The notes under the pieces were generated by a model. That model searched no databases. It was not told the origin of the DNA and worked only from the letters and a program-made list of their open reading frames with translations. A DNA stretch of 64,000 nt from an uncultured Actinomycetes bacterium. GTDB taxonomy: Bacteria > Actinomycetota > UBA4738 > JBBDTT01. This document shows positions 1 through 8,786 of the stretch, in pieces. The position numbers were made by a program, and so were the translations under genes. Each line of letters begins with the position of its first letter. The stretch's first letter is position 1. The stretch covers positions 864,001-928,000 of the forward strand of contig CAVUMN010000004.1 in the NCBI GenBank assembly GCA_963742735.1, read 5' to 3'.

Positions 1-733
1 CGAGCAGCCACCCGAGGTCGAGCAGCGGATCGCCGATCGTGGACTGCTCCCAGTCGACGATGGCGGCGAGCCGCGCCGGGCTCTGCGGCGCGAACATCAC
101 GTTGATGAACTGGTAGTCGCCGTGCAGGATCGCCGGCTCGGTGCCCTCGGGGCGCGCCTCGTCGAGCCACCCCGCGACCTCGTCCAGCCCCGGGAGGTCG
201 CGGCTCCGGTAGGTCTCCAGCTGTCCGAGCCATCGCCCGACCTGCCGCTCGAGGAAGCCCTCCGGCTTGCCGAACCCCTCCAGCCCGACGGCCCGCCAGT
301 CGACGTTCGCCAGCTCCGCGATCCCCTCGACCAGACGCAGCCCCATGTCCCGGCGGACGCCGGCGTCCCGGTCGAACGGCGGCGGGAGTGGCTCGCGCGG
401 CGCGAACCCCTCGACCTTCTCCATGACGAAGAACGGCGCGCCGATGACGGCGTCGTCCTCGCAGAGCAGCAGGGGCGTCGGATGCGGGACGGCCGTGCCG
501 TCCAGCGCCTTCAGCACCCGGAACTCCCGTCCCATGTCGTGCGCGCTCCTCGAGACCTTGTGCCGGGGGGGACGGCGCAGGATCCAGGTGTCGCCGCCGC
601 GGACGAGCTCGAACATCTCGTTGGAGGCCCCGCTCGAGACGCGGTCGGCGGTGAAGGGCTCGCCCGCGCCGGGGAGCCGGTCGCCCACCCAGGCGTCGAG
701 CGCGGGAAGGTCGATCAGGCCGCGGTCAGTCAA
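1..733 (-). CDS. Phosphotransferase (APH/choline-kinase-like) family protein, 3' end beyond window
   Basis: Manual translation from TTG at 733: LTDRGLIDLPALDAWVGDRL...SSGASNEMF...WILRRPP...HDMGREFRVLKAL, with LHGDYQFINVMF and AIVDWEQSTIGDP kinase motifs near the window start; overlaps the ACAD stop. Confidence 0.88.
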   Translation of the reverse strand, partial: MTDRGLIDLPALDAWVGDRLPGAGEPFTADRVSSGASNEMFELVRGGDTWILRRPPRHKVSRSAHDMGREFRVLKALDGTAVPHPTPLLLCEDDAVIGAPFFVMEKVEGFAPREPLPPPFDRDAGVRRDMGLRLVEGIAELANVDWRAVGLEGFGKPEGFLERQVGRWLGQLETYRSRDLPGLDEVAGWLDEARPEGTEPAILHGDYQFINVMFAPQSPARLAAIVDWEQSTIGDPLLDLGWLL

Positions 734-1994
734 CGCTGAGCGCGTCCAGGACCGTGGCGAACCTCGCCCGCGCGGCCTCGCGGCGGGTGGGGACGTGCTC
801 GCTGGGCCACGGGCCGTCGTGGGGCTCGACGTCCTTCAGGGCCCGGCGGGCGATCGTCACACGGTGGACCTCGTCGGGTCCGTCCATGATCGGCAGGGCC
901 CGCGCGAGCCGGTACATCCCCTCCAGCGGCAGGTCTTCCGAGTACCCGAGGGCGCCGTGGATCTGCAGGGCGCGGTCGATCACGTCGTGCAGGGCTCCGG
1001 AGACGAAGACCTTCGCCGCCGCGATCTCGGTCCGGGCGCCGGACGAGCCCTGCTGATCGGTGACCCACGCCGCGTGCAGGACCAGCAGCCGCGCGGCGTG
1101 GATCTGGATCCACGAGTCGGCGATCCAGTTCTGGACGGTCTGCTTGTCGGCGAGGACGCTGCCGTGCGCGTAGCGCGACACCGCCCGCTCGCGGAGCATG
1201 TCGAAAGCCCGGCCCATCTGGCCCAGGTAGCGCATGCAGTGGTGCAGGCGGCCCGGGCCGAGCCGCTTCTGGGCGATCGTGAACCCCTCGCCCTCGCCGC
1301 CCAGCAGCGCGTCGGCCGGCAGGCGCACGCCCTCGTAGAGGATCTCGGCGTGGTGGGGCCCGCCGTACATTCCGGCCACCTCGCGAACGATGTTCACGCC
1401 CGGGGTTCCGCGGGGGACCAGGAACATCGACGCGCGGGAGTGGGGCTCGGCGCCGGGGTCGGTGACCGCCATGACGATCAGGAACTCGGCGATCGCGGCG
1501 TTCGAGCTGAACCACTTGTGCCCGTCCAGGACCCACTCGTCGCCGTCGCGGACGGCGTGCGTCTCCAGGAGCGTCGGATCCGAGCCGGCGTTCGGCTCGG
1601 TCATCGAGAAGCACGACCGGATGCGGCCGTCCAGGAGCGGCGCCAGGTACTTCGCGCGCTGCTCCTCGGTCCCGTACATCGCGAGGATCTCCGCGTTGCC
1701 GGTGTCGGGGGCCTGGCACCCGAACACCTCGGGCGCGTGGCGCGTCCGGCCGAGGATCTCGTTCATCAGGGCGAGCTTCACCTGGCCGAACCCCCGGCCC
1801 CCGAGGTCGGGACCCAGATGGCAGGCCCAGAGGCCGCGTTCCTTCACCGCGGCCTTCATCGGCTCGGTGACGGCGCGCAGCTGTTCGTCGGTGAGCTCGA
1901 GCGTCTCCAGCGGCGTGACCTCGTCGCGGACGAACGCGCGCATCCACTCGAGATGGGGCTCGAACTCCGGGTCGGTCGAGAAGTCCCAGCTCAT
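726..1994 (-). CDS. Acyl-CoA dehydrogenase (ACAD10/11, LvaC-like subgroup)
   Basis: Start MSWDFSTDPEF (ATGA overlap at 1991-1994); motifs APDTGNAEIL, CFSMTEP, GHKWF, RLGPGRLHHCMR, DGPDEVH. Confidence 0.92.
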   Translation of the reverse strand: MSWDFSTDPEFEPHLEWMRAFVRDEVTPLETLELTDEQLRAVTEPMKAAVKERGLWACHLGPDLGGRGFGQVKLALMNEILGRTRHAPEVFGCQAPDTGNAEILAMYGTEEQRAKYLAPLLDGRIRSCFSMTEPNAGSDPTLLETHAVRDGDEWVLDGHKWFSSNAAIAEFLIVMAVTDPGAEPHSRASMFLVPRGTPGVNIVREVAGMYGGPHHAEILYEGVRLPADALLGGEGEGFTIAQKRLGPGRLHHCMRYLGQMGRAFDMLRERAVSRYAHGSVLADKQTVQNWIADSWIQIHAARLLVLHAAWVTDQQGSSGARTEIAAAKVFVSGALHDVIDRALQIHGALGYSEDLPLEGMYRLARALPIMDGPDEVHRVTIARRALKDVEPHDGPWPSEHVPTRREAARARFATVLDALSVD

Positions 1995-2446
1995 CCGGCG
2001 GCGAGCTCCCGCTTGCGGGCCTTCCAGCGTTCGATCATGTCGATGAACGCCTGGGGGTTGTACGCGTCCTCCTCGTAGGACCACCGCCCGTCGCCCGCGT
2101 ACTTCAGGAGGGTGAGGTTCGCCTCCTCGTGGACGCTCCCGTCGCCGGGGTCCTCCATGCGGTTCCAGATCTTGCAGGCGATCCAGCCGCGCTCGGTGTC
2201 GACGATGTACCACTCGATCGGGAACAACGGCATGGCGTTGCCCGGGAAGACGCTCATCACCTGGGTGATCCAGGTCCGGATGGCCTCGCGGCCGTGCATG
2301 GTCCCGAAGAGGTGCTCGACGTAGGTGGCGTCCTCGGTGAACAGGTCGGCCCACGCGTTCCAGTCCTTCGTGCGTCCGGCCTCCTCGCCGACGCGCTGGT
2401 AGTCGGCGAAGGCCTCCTCGAGCTCGTCGCGCGACCAGGTCTCCAT
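1991..2446 (-). CDS. NTF2/SnoaL-like protein
   Basis: DWNAWADLFTEDATYVEH...GREAIRTWI...YAGDGRWSYEEDAYNP. Confidence 0.85.
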   Translation of the reverse strand: METWSRDELEEAFADYQRVGEEAGRTKDWNAWADLFTEDATYVEHLFGTMHGREAIRTWITQVMSVFPGNAMPLFPIEWYIVDTERGWIACKIWNRMEDPGDGSVHEEANLTLLKYAGDGRWSYEEDAYNPQAFIDMIERWKARKRELAAG

Positions 2447-2456
2447 CGCCCGCAGC

Positions 2457-3374
2457 CTAGCCGCGGAGCGCGGGCAGCACGTCCCGCGCGAACAGCTCGG
2501 TCCCGGTCGTCACATCGGCGCGGCCGAAATGGCAGACGAAGTGGGTGACGCCGGCATCGGCGTACTCGCGCAGGCGGGGCAGGACCTGCTCGGGGGTCCC
2601 GGCCACGACCCGCTCGCCGTACAGGCGGGCGTTGCGATTGTCCGAGCCGCGAGCCCGCTCGGCGCGGGCCGCGACGCGGTCGCCGTCCTCGTCCACCCAC
2701 ACCGGTCCGTAGTACGTGACCTCGGGCATGGGCCGCCCCTCGCCCTCGGCGTAGGCGCGCAGGCGATCGGCGCGCGCGGCGACGTCCTCGGGCGCCAGCA
2801 GCGGGGCGTTCCACGCGTCGGCGAACCGCCCGGCGACGCGGAGCAGCCCGTCGCCCCGCCCGCCGATCCAGATCGGGGGACGCGGCGACTGGAGCGGGCG
2901 CGGGCAGTCGGCCACGCCGTCGCCCGAGTACCAGCGGCCGGTGAACGCGCGCCCCTCCCACATCCCCGTCAGCACCTCCAGGGCCTCGGCCAGGCGTTCC
3001 GCGCGCTCGGCCCCTTCGAGCCAGGGGTAGCCGAACGAGTCGTACTCCGCGCGGTAGCCGCCGGCGCCGATGCCCAGGTTGAGCCGGCCGCCGCTCAGGT
3101 GGTCGAGCGTGGCCGCGGCGCTCGCCAGCCATGCCGGGTTCCGGAACGCCTCCGCGAGCACCAGCGGGCCGCATCGGATCGTCGAGGTGCCCAGCAGGAC
3201 GGCGGTCAGCGTCGTCCACGCCTCCCACACCGGGCTGCCCGGGGCGACGGCGATCACGCGGAGGTGGTCCTCGACCCACACGGAGTCGAACCCGAGCGAC
3301 TCGGCGAGACGAGCGTGCTCGACGACCGTGCCCAGGTCGGCCCCCTCCTGGGGGACGAGGATCCCGACCTTCAC
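2457..3374 (-). CDS. LLM-class (probably F420-dependent) oxidoreductase
   Basis: AESLGFDSVWVEDH, ATLDHLSGGRLNLGIGAG, PPIWIGGRG. Confidence 0.9.
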   Translation of the reverse strand: MKVGILVPQEGADLGTVVEHARLAESLGFDSVWVEDHLRVIAVAPGSPVWEAWTTLTAVLLGTSTIRCGPLVLAEAFRNPAWLASAAATLDHLSGGRLNLGIGAGGYRAEYDSFGYPWLEGAERAERLAEALEVLTGMWEGRAFTGRWYSGDGVADCPRPLQSPRPPIWIGGRGDGLLRVAGRFADAWNAPLLAPEDVAARADRLRAYAEGEGRPMPEVTYYGPVWVDEDGDRVAARAERARGSDNRNARLYGERVVAGTPEQVLPRLREYADAGVTHFVCHFGRADVTTGTELFARDVLPALRG

Positions 3375-3405
3375 GAGGCGTTCACGAGGCGTTCACGAGG
3401 CGTTC
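3370..3405. repeat. Tandem repeat (TTCACGAGGCG)x3 plus TTC at a gene junction
   Basis: Exact 11-bp units at 3370-3380, 3381-3391 and 3392-3402. Confidence 0.95.
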
Positions 3406-4493
3406 TTCGCGGCGAGCTGGACCGCGTCGACGCAGTCGTCCGCCGTGATGCCCGCCGCCGCGTCGGGCTGATCGACGTCCTCGGCGTCGAGGACGGAGCG
3501 CACTCGTGTCAGCAGCTCCTCTCGGTCGGCCGCGTTCGCCCCCGCGAGCGCGCCGGCGACGCGCTCCATGGCGTCGGGCGGGGACAGGTGCATGTCCCCG
3601 GCCATCAGCGCACGCACGATCGTGCCGGCCTCGTCCACGGCCACGCCCGCACGGACGAGCTTCTTGCCCTTCACGTTGGCGAAGCCGACCCGCGAGCCCT
3701 CCGGCGCCGTCTCGGTGAACCGCGAGGTCGAGGTACGCCGGACCCAGTCGTCGGAGCTCACCAGGTCGGCGAAGCCGGGCGCGCCGGCCGCCTCCTCGAC
3801 GGTGAGCTCGCTGTCCTCCAGGTCCAGGCCGAGCACCTCACGGCTCGCGGAGGCGATCGCGTCGCGGAACTCCTCGTAGCCGAGGTCGGTGCCGCGGACG
3901 TCGGCCGGCGTGCAGATGTAGGCGACCGCGTCCTTGATGACCTTGTCCTTGAACTTCTCCTCGGGGACGCGGGCGACGCGCGCGTACAGCTCGAGGTCCG
4001 GGCGCTTGAGGTTGAAGAACGAGCCCACCACGTTCACGCCGAGGGCGGTCTGGCTGATCAGCGCGCCGAGCTTGCGCCCGTTCCAGCGCAGGTCGGAGCT
4101 CCCCTCGAAGGCCACCTCGGCCAGCCCGAGGTCGTCCAGGGCCCGGCGCATGGCCGGGCGGAAGTGCTCCAGCGCCTCGTCGAGGTCGGGCCACCGGGCG
4201 GGGGAGAGGAAGTACGAGAACATCGCCACCGCGTCGGTGTCGTAGAACGCGGCGCCACCGCCCATGATCGGCCGGCGGAAGACGTCCACGCCGGCGTCGC
4301 GAGCCGCCGCGAGGTCCAGCACCGCGTCGACGTCCTCGAACCACCCCACCTGGAAGTGCCCGCGGCTCCACCGGGCGGTCATCAGGATCTCGGGGCCGCC
4401 GTTGATCACGCTCCCGGCCATGGTCGGCATGCGCCCGAACATCACGGGGGCCTCGACGGGCCCGATGTCGACGAACCGCCAGCGGTCCGGCAT
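3393..4493 (-). CDS. Lipoate-protein ligase family protein (LplA catalytic domain plus C-terminal LplB-like domain)
   Basis: VFRRPIMGGGAAFYD (cf. RRxxGGGAVYxD), DLRWNGRKLG with the catalytic Lys, RVPEEKFKDK, C-terminal AGDMHLSP. Confidence 0.82.
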   Translation of the reverse strand: MPDRWRFVDIGPVEAPVMFGRMPTMAGSVINGGPEILMTARWSRGHFQVGWFEDVDAVLDLAAARDAGVDVFRRPIMGGGAAFYDTDAVAMFSYFLSPARWPDLDEALEHFRPAMRRALDDLGLAEVAFEGSSDLRWNGRKLGALISQTALGVNVVGSFFNLKRPDLELYARVARVPEEKFKDKVIKDAVAYICTPADVRGTDLGYEEFRDAIASASREVLGLDLEDSELTVEEAAGAPGFADLVSSDDWVRRTSTSRFTETAPEGSRVGFANVKGKKLVRAGVAVDEAGTIVRALMAGDMHLSPPDAMERVAGALAGANAADREELLTRVRSVLDAEDVDQPDAAAGITADDCVDAVQLAAKNAS

Positions 4494-4499
4494 CCGCGG

Positions 4500-5204
4500 C
4501 TAGGAGGAGACCGTTCGCTCGAAGCCCTGGGCCACCGCGGTGGTCGCCTCGAGGACCTCGCGGACCCCCCACTTCGACCGCTCGAGGAGCTCCTCGGAGG
4601 TGCAGTACTTGCGGATCATCTCGATGGCCCGGCCGGCATGCTCCTCGTCGGCCTCGAGGTGCATGAAGAAGAACTCCAGGTCGTGCTCCGATAGCCCGTA
4701 CTGGTCCCGGTAGATCTGTCCGAGGAAGGCCATCGTCCACGTCCGGGCCTCGATGCCGTAGGACAGCGCCGCCAGCCCCACCACGAAGTGCTCCTCAATG
4801 CAGAGCTTGAGGATCCGATCGACCCACTGGCGGCTCTCCGGGATCGGCTCCACGTCGAACGGGTCGGGGATGTCGGCGCCGAGGGCTCGCGCGAACCGGG
4901 TGACCAGCTGGATGTGGTCGCGCTCGTCGTCGCCCTCGCCGTGCTCCTCCCAGAGGTTCTCGAGCATGAGTTCGCGCACGTCGCGCGGAGCGGCGTTGGC
5001 ATACACGGCGGCGATGAACCGTTTGAACTGGTCCACCTGGAACGGGTACGAGGTCGCGAAGGGGACGAGCTTCTCCTTCGGGATCAGGCCCTGGGCGAAC
5101 TGCTGCATGAAGGGCCGCTCCTCGAACAGGACGCTGCGCGTGACCTCCTCGAGCTCCTTCACGACGCGGTCGGGATCGACGGCGGTGGCTGTGTTCGGTG
5201 GCAT
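4500..5204 (-). CDS. Heme-oxygenase-like diiron oxidase (TenA/PqqC/CADD superfamily)
   Basis: ENLWEEH...H, SYGIE and HLEADEEH (H-x3-D-x2-H) iron-ligand pattern; helical, 234 aa. Confidence 0.82.
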   Translation of the reverse strand: MPPNTATAVDPDRVVKELEEVTRSVLFEERPFMQQFAQGLIPKEKLVPFATSYPFQVDQFKRFIAAVYANAAPRDVRELMLENLWEEHGEGDDERDHIQLVTRFARALGADIPDPFDVEPIPESRQWVDRILKLCIEEHFVVGLAALSYGIEARTWTMAFLGQIYRDQYGLSEHDLEFFFMHLEADEEHAGRAIEMIRKYCTSEELLERSKWGVREVLEATTAVAQGFERTVSS

Positions 5205-5281
5205 CGTTCGATGATTGCACGCGAATCGGAGGCGCTGCTAGGTTCGCCGCTCTCACCCACTCGCAAAGAAGGAGTCAACGC

Positions 5282-6199
5282 ATGGGCTTGCTGGACGGAC
5301 GCGTCGCGGTGGTGACCGGCTCGGGCCGGGGGATCGGCCGGGGGATCGCCCTGGAGCTGGCGAGCGAGGGCGCGAAGGTCGTCATCAACGACGCGGGCGT
5401 CGACGTGGACGGCCGCGGCGGCTCGGAGGACCCGGCCGCGCAGGTCGTCAAGGAGATCGAGGCCGCGGGCGGCGAGGCCGTCGCGAACTACGGTGACGTG
5501 TCGAAGTGGGACGAGGCCCGGGGCATCGTCCAGGCGGCCGTCGACGCGTTCGGCAAGATCGACATCGTCGTGAACAACGCCGGCATCCTCCGCGACAAGT
5601 CGCTGCTCAAGATGGAGGAGGAGGAGTTCGACGCGGTGATCGGCGTGCACCTGAAGGGCACCTTCAACGTCACCCGCCACGCCGCCGGGCTCATGAAGGA
5701 GCAGGGCTATGGCCGGATCATCAACATCGTCTCCAGCGCGGGGCTGCGGGGGAACTTCGGGCAGACCAACTACTCCGCGGCCAAGGCCGGGATCGCGGGC
5801 ATGACCCTCACGTGGGCGATCGAGCTCGGGAAGTACGGGATCACGGTGAACGCCATGGCGCCCGCGGCGGTCACCCGGATGACGACGGGGCTGCTCACCG
5901 CCGACCCGGAGAAGATCCCGCCCGAGATGGACCCGAAGAACAACGCGCCGATGATCGCGTTCCTGGCCAGCGAGGCCGCCGGACACGTGAACGGGCAGGT
6001 TCTGGGGCGCCGCGGCTACACCTACACGATCTTCCAGCAGTACAAGATCATCGCCGGCATGTACCAGGCCGGCGGGTGGAAGCCGGCCGACGTCGCGAAG
6101 CAGTTCGACACGATCCTCGCCGGCTACATGACCGCGCCCGGCATGGACATCACTATCAAGAAGCCGGAGAAGGCGGACGGCGAGACGAAGGCGGGCTGA
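5282..6199 (+). CDS. SDR family oxidoreductase (MFE-2/3-hydroxyacyl-CoA dehydrogenase-like)
   Basis: RBS AAGGAG; MGLLDGRVAVVTGSGRGIG, NNAGILRD, YSAAK. Confidence 0.92.
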   Translation: MGLLDGRVAVVTGSGRGIGRGIALELASEGAKVVINDAGVDVDGRGGSEDPAAQVVKEIEAAGGEAVANYGDVSKWDEARGIVQAAVDAFGKIDIVVNNAGILRDKSLLKMEEEEFDAVIGVHLKGTFNVTRHAAGLMKEQGYGRIINIVSSAGLRGNFGQTNYSAAKAGIAGMTLTWAIELGKYGITVNAMAPAAVTRMTTGLLTADPEKIPPEMDPKNNAPMIAFLASEAAGHVNGQVLGRRGYTYTIFQQYKIIAGMYQAGGWKPADVAKQFDTILAGYMTAPGMDITIKKPEKADGETKAG

Positions 6200-6639
6200 T
6201 GGAGGTCAGCTACTCGGAGGAGGGCCGCGTCCCCGGCCCGCCGGAGGCGGCCTACGACCTCCGCGTCGACTTCACCCGGCTGCCCGAGTACAACCCGAAT
6301 GTCTCGAACCTGGTCCGCACCGACGGCGGTCATACGAGCGGCGCCGGCGCGGTATACGGCTTCGACATGACGATGCCAGACATGGGCGCGGTGTCGGGCG
6401 TGATCTCGGTTTTGGAGGCGGACCGGCCCTCTCGCGTGTACACGCGGACGGACTCCGGGGTGTTCTCCGCACTCGAGGAGGTCCGCTTCGTGCCCGACAG
6501 CGAGGGAACGCGGGTGACGTTCGACGTGGTCGTGGAGGTGCCCGACGACATGGAGGCCGTCGCCCCCATGGTCGACGCGTCGGGGCGCGAGCAGGTTCGC
6601 CTGGAGCTCGACCACATGGCGAAGGTGCTCGGCTCGTGA
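6199..6639 (+). CDS. SRPBCC/START-like protein
   Basis: MEVSYSEEGRVPGPPEAAYD...DFTRLPEYNP...EADRPSR; TGATG coupling to the SDR. Confidence 0.75.
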   Translation: MEVSYSEEGRVPGPPEAAYDLRVDFTRLPEYNPNVSNLVRTDGGHTSGAGAVYGFDMTMPDMGAVSGVISVLEADRPSRVYTRTDSGVFSALEEVRFVPDSEGTRVTFDVVVEVPDDMEAVAPMVDASGREQVRLELDHMAKVLGS

Positions 6640-7427
6640 CCGGCCGCCTGCAGGGCCGGGTGGCGATCGTGACCGGCGCCGGCCAGGGGCTCGGCCGGGC
6701 CTACGCGCTGCGCTTCGCGGAGGAGGGCGCGAAGGTCGCCGTCGCGGAGATCAACGACGCGAACGGCGAGGCGGTCGCCAAGGAGATCGCCGACGCGGGC
6801 GGTGAGTCGATGTTCGTCCACGTCGACGTCTCGGACGAGGAGTCGACCCTGGCCATGGCCAGGGCCGTAGCCGAGCGTTTCGAGCGCATCGACATCCTGC
6901 TCAACAACGCCGGGCTGTACTTCGACCTCGACCAGAAGGACGACTCGCTCGAGTACCTGAAGCACGTGATCGACGTGAACATGCTCGGGCCGTGGCTGTG
7001 CGTCCGCGCGGTGTTCCCGTTCATGAAGGCCCAGGGCGGCGGGAAGGTCATCAACCAGTCGAGCGGCGCCGCATGGATGTACGCGATGTCGGGCTACGCG
7101 ATGCGCTCCGACGCCGAACGCGTCCCGAGCTACCACTACTCGGTGTCGAAGGCGGGGGTGAACGCGTTCACCCACTTCCTGGCCGCGGCCCTCGGCCAGT
7201 TCGGGATCAACGTGAACGCCATCGCGCCGGGCGTGGTGATGACCGAGGCCACCAAGAAGCACGTCCCCGAGCAGATGGTGGGGATGATCAAGATGGCCTC
7301 GTCGCTGCGCCGCACCCTGGAGCCCGAGGAGATCACCGGCACGGCGGTGTTCCTGGCGAGCGACGACGCGAACGCCATCACCGGCCAGGTCATCCCGGTC
7401 GACGCCGGCGTCACGATGCTGGGATGA
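6636..7427 (+). CDS. SDR family oxidoreductase
   Basis: TGAGQGLG, NNAG, YSVSK, ITGQVIPVDAG. Confidence 0.92.
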   Translation: MTGRLQGRVAIVTGAGQGLGRAYALRFAEEGAKVAVAEINDANGEAVAKEIADAGGESMFVHVDVSDEESTLAMARAVAERFERIDILLNNAGLYFDLDQKDDSLEYLKHVIDVNMLGPWLCVRAVFPFMKAQGGGKVINQSSGAAWMYAMSGYAMRSDAERVPSYHYSVSKAGVNAFTHFLAAALGQFGINVNAIAPGVVMTEATKKHVPEQMVGMIKMASSLRRTLEPEEITGTAVFLASDDANAITGQVIPVDAGVTMLG

Positions 7428-7855
7428 CCCCCGAGCCGGTCGACGTACCACACGACCTCGAGCCCTCCCTGCAGCGCCTGCTCGGGATCAAGATGTCGTT
7501 CGGCCCGAACGGCGAGGGCATCGCGTGGGTCGAGATCGACAAGGACAAGCACTACGGCCGCACGCGGGTGCACGGGGGCCTGTTCCCCCCGCTGGTCGAC
7601 GTGGCCGGCGCCATCGCGGTCGCCCGCGACTCCGACGACGCGCTGAACGCCGTCGACGCCACGATCGACATGCACGTGAGCTACCTGCGCAAGGCCCGCG
7701 AGGGCGACCTGACCGCGACCGCGCGGATCGTCCGCCGCGGCCGTCGGGTGGCGGTGTGCGAGGTGGACCTCACCAACCAGGGCGAGCTGTGCGGCAAGGC
7801 CATCGTCACGTACCTGCTGCGCCCGAACTCGAAGCCCGACCCCGAGGGCGGATGA
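7424..7855 (+). CDS. PaaI family hotdog thioesterase
   Basis: VHGGLFPPLVDVAG, ATIDMHVSYLR, RRGRRVAV. Confidence 0.85.
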   Translation: MTPEPVDVPHDLEPSLQRLLGIKMSFGPNGEGIAWVEIDKDKHYGRTRVHGGLFPPLVDVAGAIAVARDSDDALNAVDATIDMHVSYLRKAREGDLTATARIVRRGRRVAVCEVDLTNQGELCGKAIVTYLLRPNSKPDPEGG

Positions 7856-8496
7856 CCGAGCTCTTCGAGGCGATCCACACGCAGCGGGCCATCCGCCGGT
7901 TCACGGACGAGCCCGTGACCGACGAGGAGATCCATCAGGTCCTGGAGGCCGCGACCAAGGCGCCCAGCGCCTCGAACACCCAGCCCTGGTCGTTCGTCGT
8001 GATCCGCGAGCCCGATCGTCGCCGCCAGCTCGCCGAGCTGTACGCGAAGAGCTGGGAGATCGCGAGGAACTTCTACGGCGACCCCGAGGCGGCCGAACAC
8101 GACTGGGAGCGCCGGATGCTCGTCGCGGTGAACGGGATGGCCGCGTCGCTGGAGTCGGCCCCGGTCCTGATCCTCGCGTGCCTGGATCGCGCCCGGCTGG
8201 GCCCGCTGGTCACCACCGACCTGGCGACGCTGCTCGATCCGCCGTCGGCGTACGGAGCGATCTGGGCGGCGGTCCAAAACCTCCTGCTCGCCGCGCGTGG
8301 CCTCGGACTGGGGACGGTTCCGACGACCCTCCACCGCCTCCACGAGCCCCAGGTCCGCGCGCTCTTCGAGCTCCCCGACACGGTCGAGCCGATGGTCCTG
8401 GTGGTGATGGGTCGGCCGGACGCGCCGTTCGGCCCCACGTCACGGGACCCGGTGGAGCAGGTGACGTTCGCGGAACGCTGGGGAGATCCGCTCTAA
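7852..8496 (+). CDS. Nitroreductase family protein
   Basis: QRAIRRF, APSASNTQPWSF, QNLLLAARGLGLG. Confidence 0.9.
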   Translation: MTELFEAIHTQRAIRRFTDEPVTDEEIHQVLEAATKAPSASNTQPWSFVVIREPDRRRQLAELYAKSWEIARNFYGDPEAAEHDWERRMLVAVNGMAASLESAPVLILACLDRARLGPLVTTDLATLLDPPSAYGAIWAAVQNLLLAARGLGLGTVPTTLHRLHEPQVRALFELPDTVEPMVLVVMGRPDAPFGPTSRDPVEQVTFAERWGDPL

Positions 8497-8711
8497 CTGC
8501 GAGAGACGCGGGGCTTCGCCCCAACGGCAAGGGCGATGGCCGTCAGGTCAGATCGCACGGAGTCGAATCGGTCGTCGAACCGCTCCATCCGATCCTCGAG
8601 GCGGTCCATCCGATCCTCGAGCGACTGGAAGCGCCCGTTCATGAAAAAGCCGAGAACGCCGGTCGCGATCGCGACGACGACAGCATTGACGATGTTGTTG
8701 GTCAGCTCCAT
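8493..8711 (-). CDS. Small membrane-anchored coiled-coil protein (72 aa)
   Basis: RBS GGGGAG; hydrophobic N-terminus IVNAVVVAIATGVLGFF followed by heptads LEDRMDR-LEDRMER-FDDRFDS. Confidence 0.7.
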   Translation of the reverse strand: MELTNNIVNAVVVAIATGVLGFFMNGRFQSLEDRMDRLEDRMERFDDRFDSVRSDLTAIALAVGAKPRVSRS

Positions 8712-8786
8712 GAGTGCTCCCCGCTTCCGGGGGAGATCCCGACCGCCCGAGCGTAGCACCGGCCACCGACAACACGAGAGGACCGG

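Noticed and set aside
3370-3405. Possible CRISPR or IS target repeat
   Set aside because: Units are 11 bp with no spacers, and there is no cas gene or transposase in the window.
4500-5204. PqqC or CADD pABA synthase assignment
   Set aside because: No pqq or folate genes nearby, and the CADD Tyr27/Lys152 equivalents appear absent; kept as a generic HDO.
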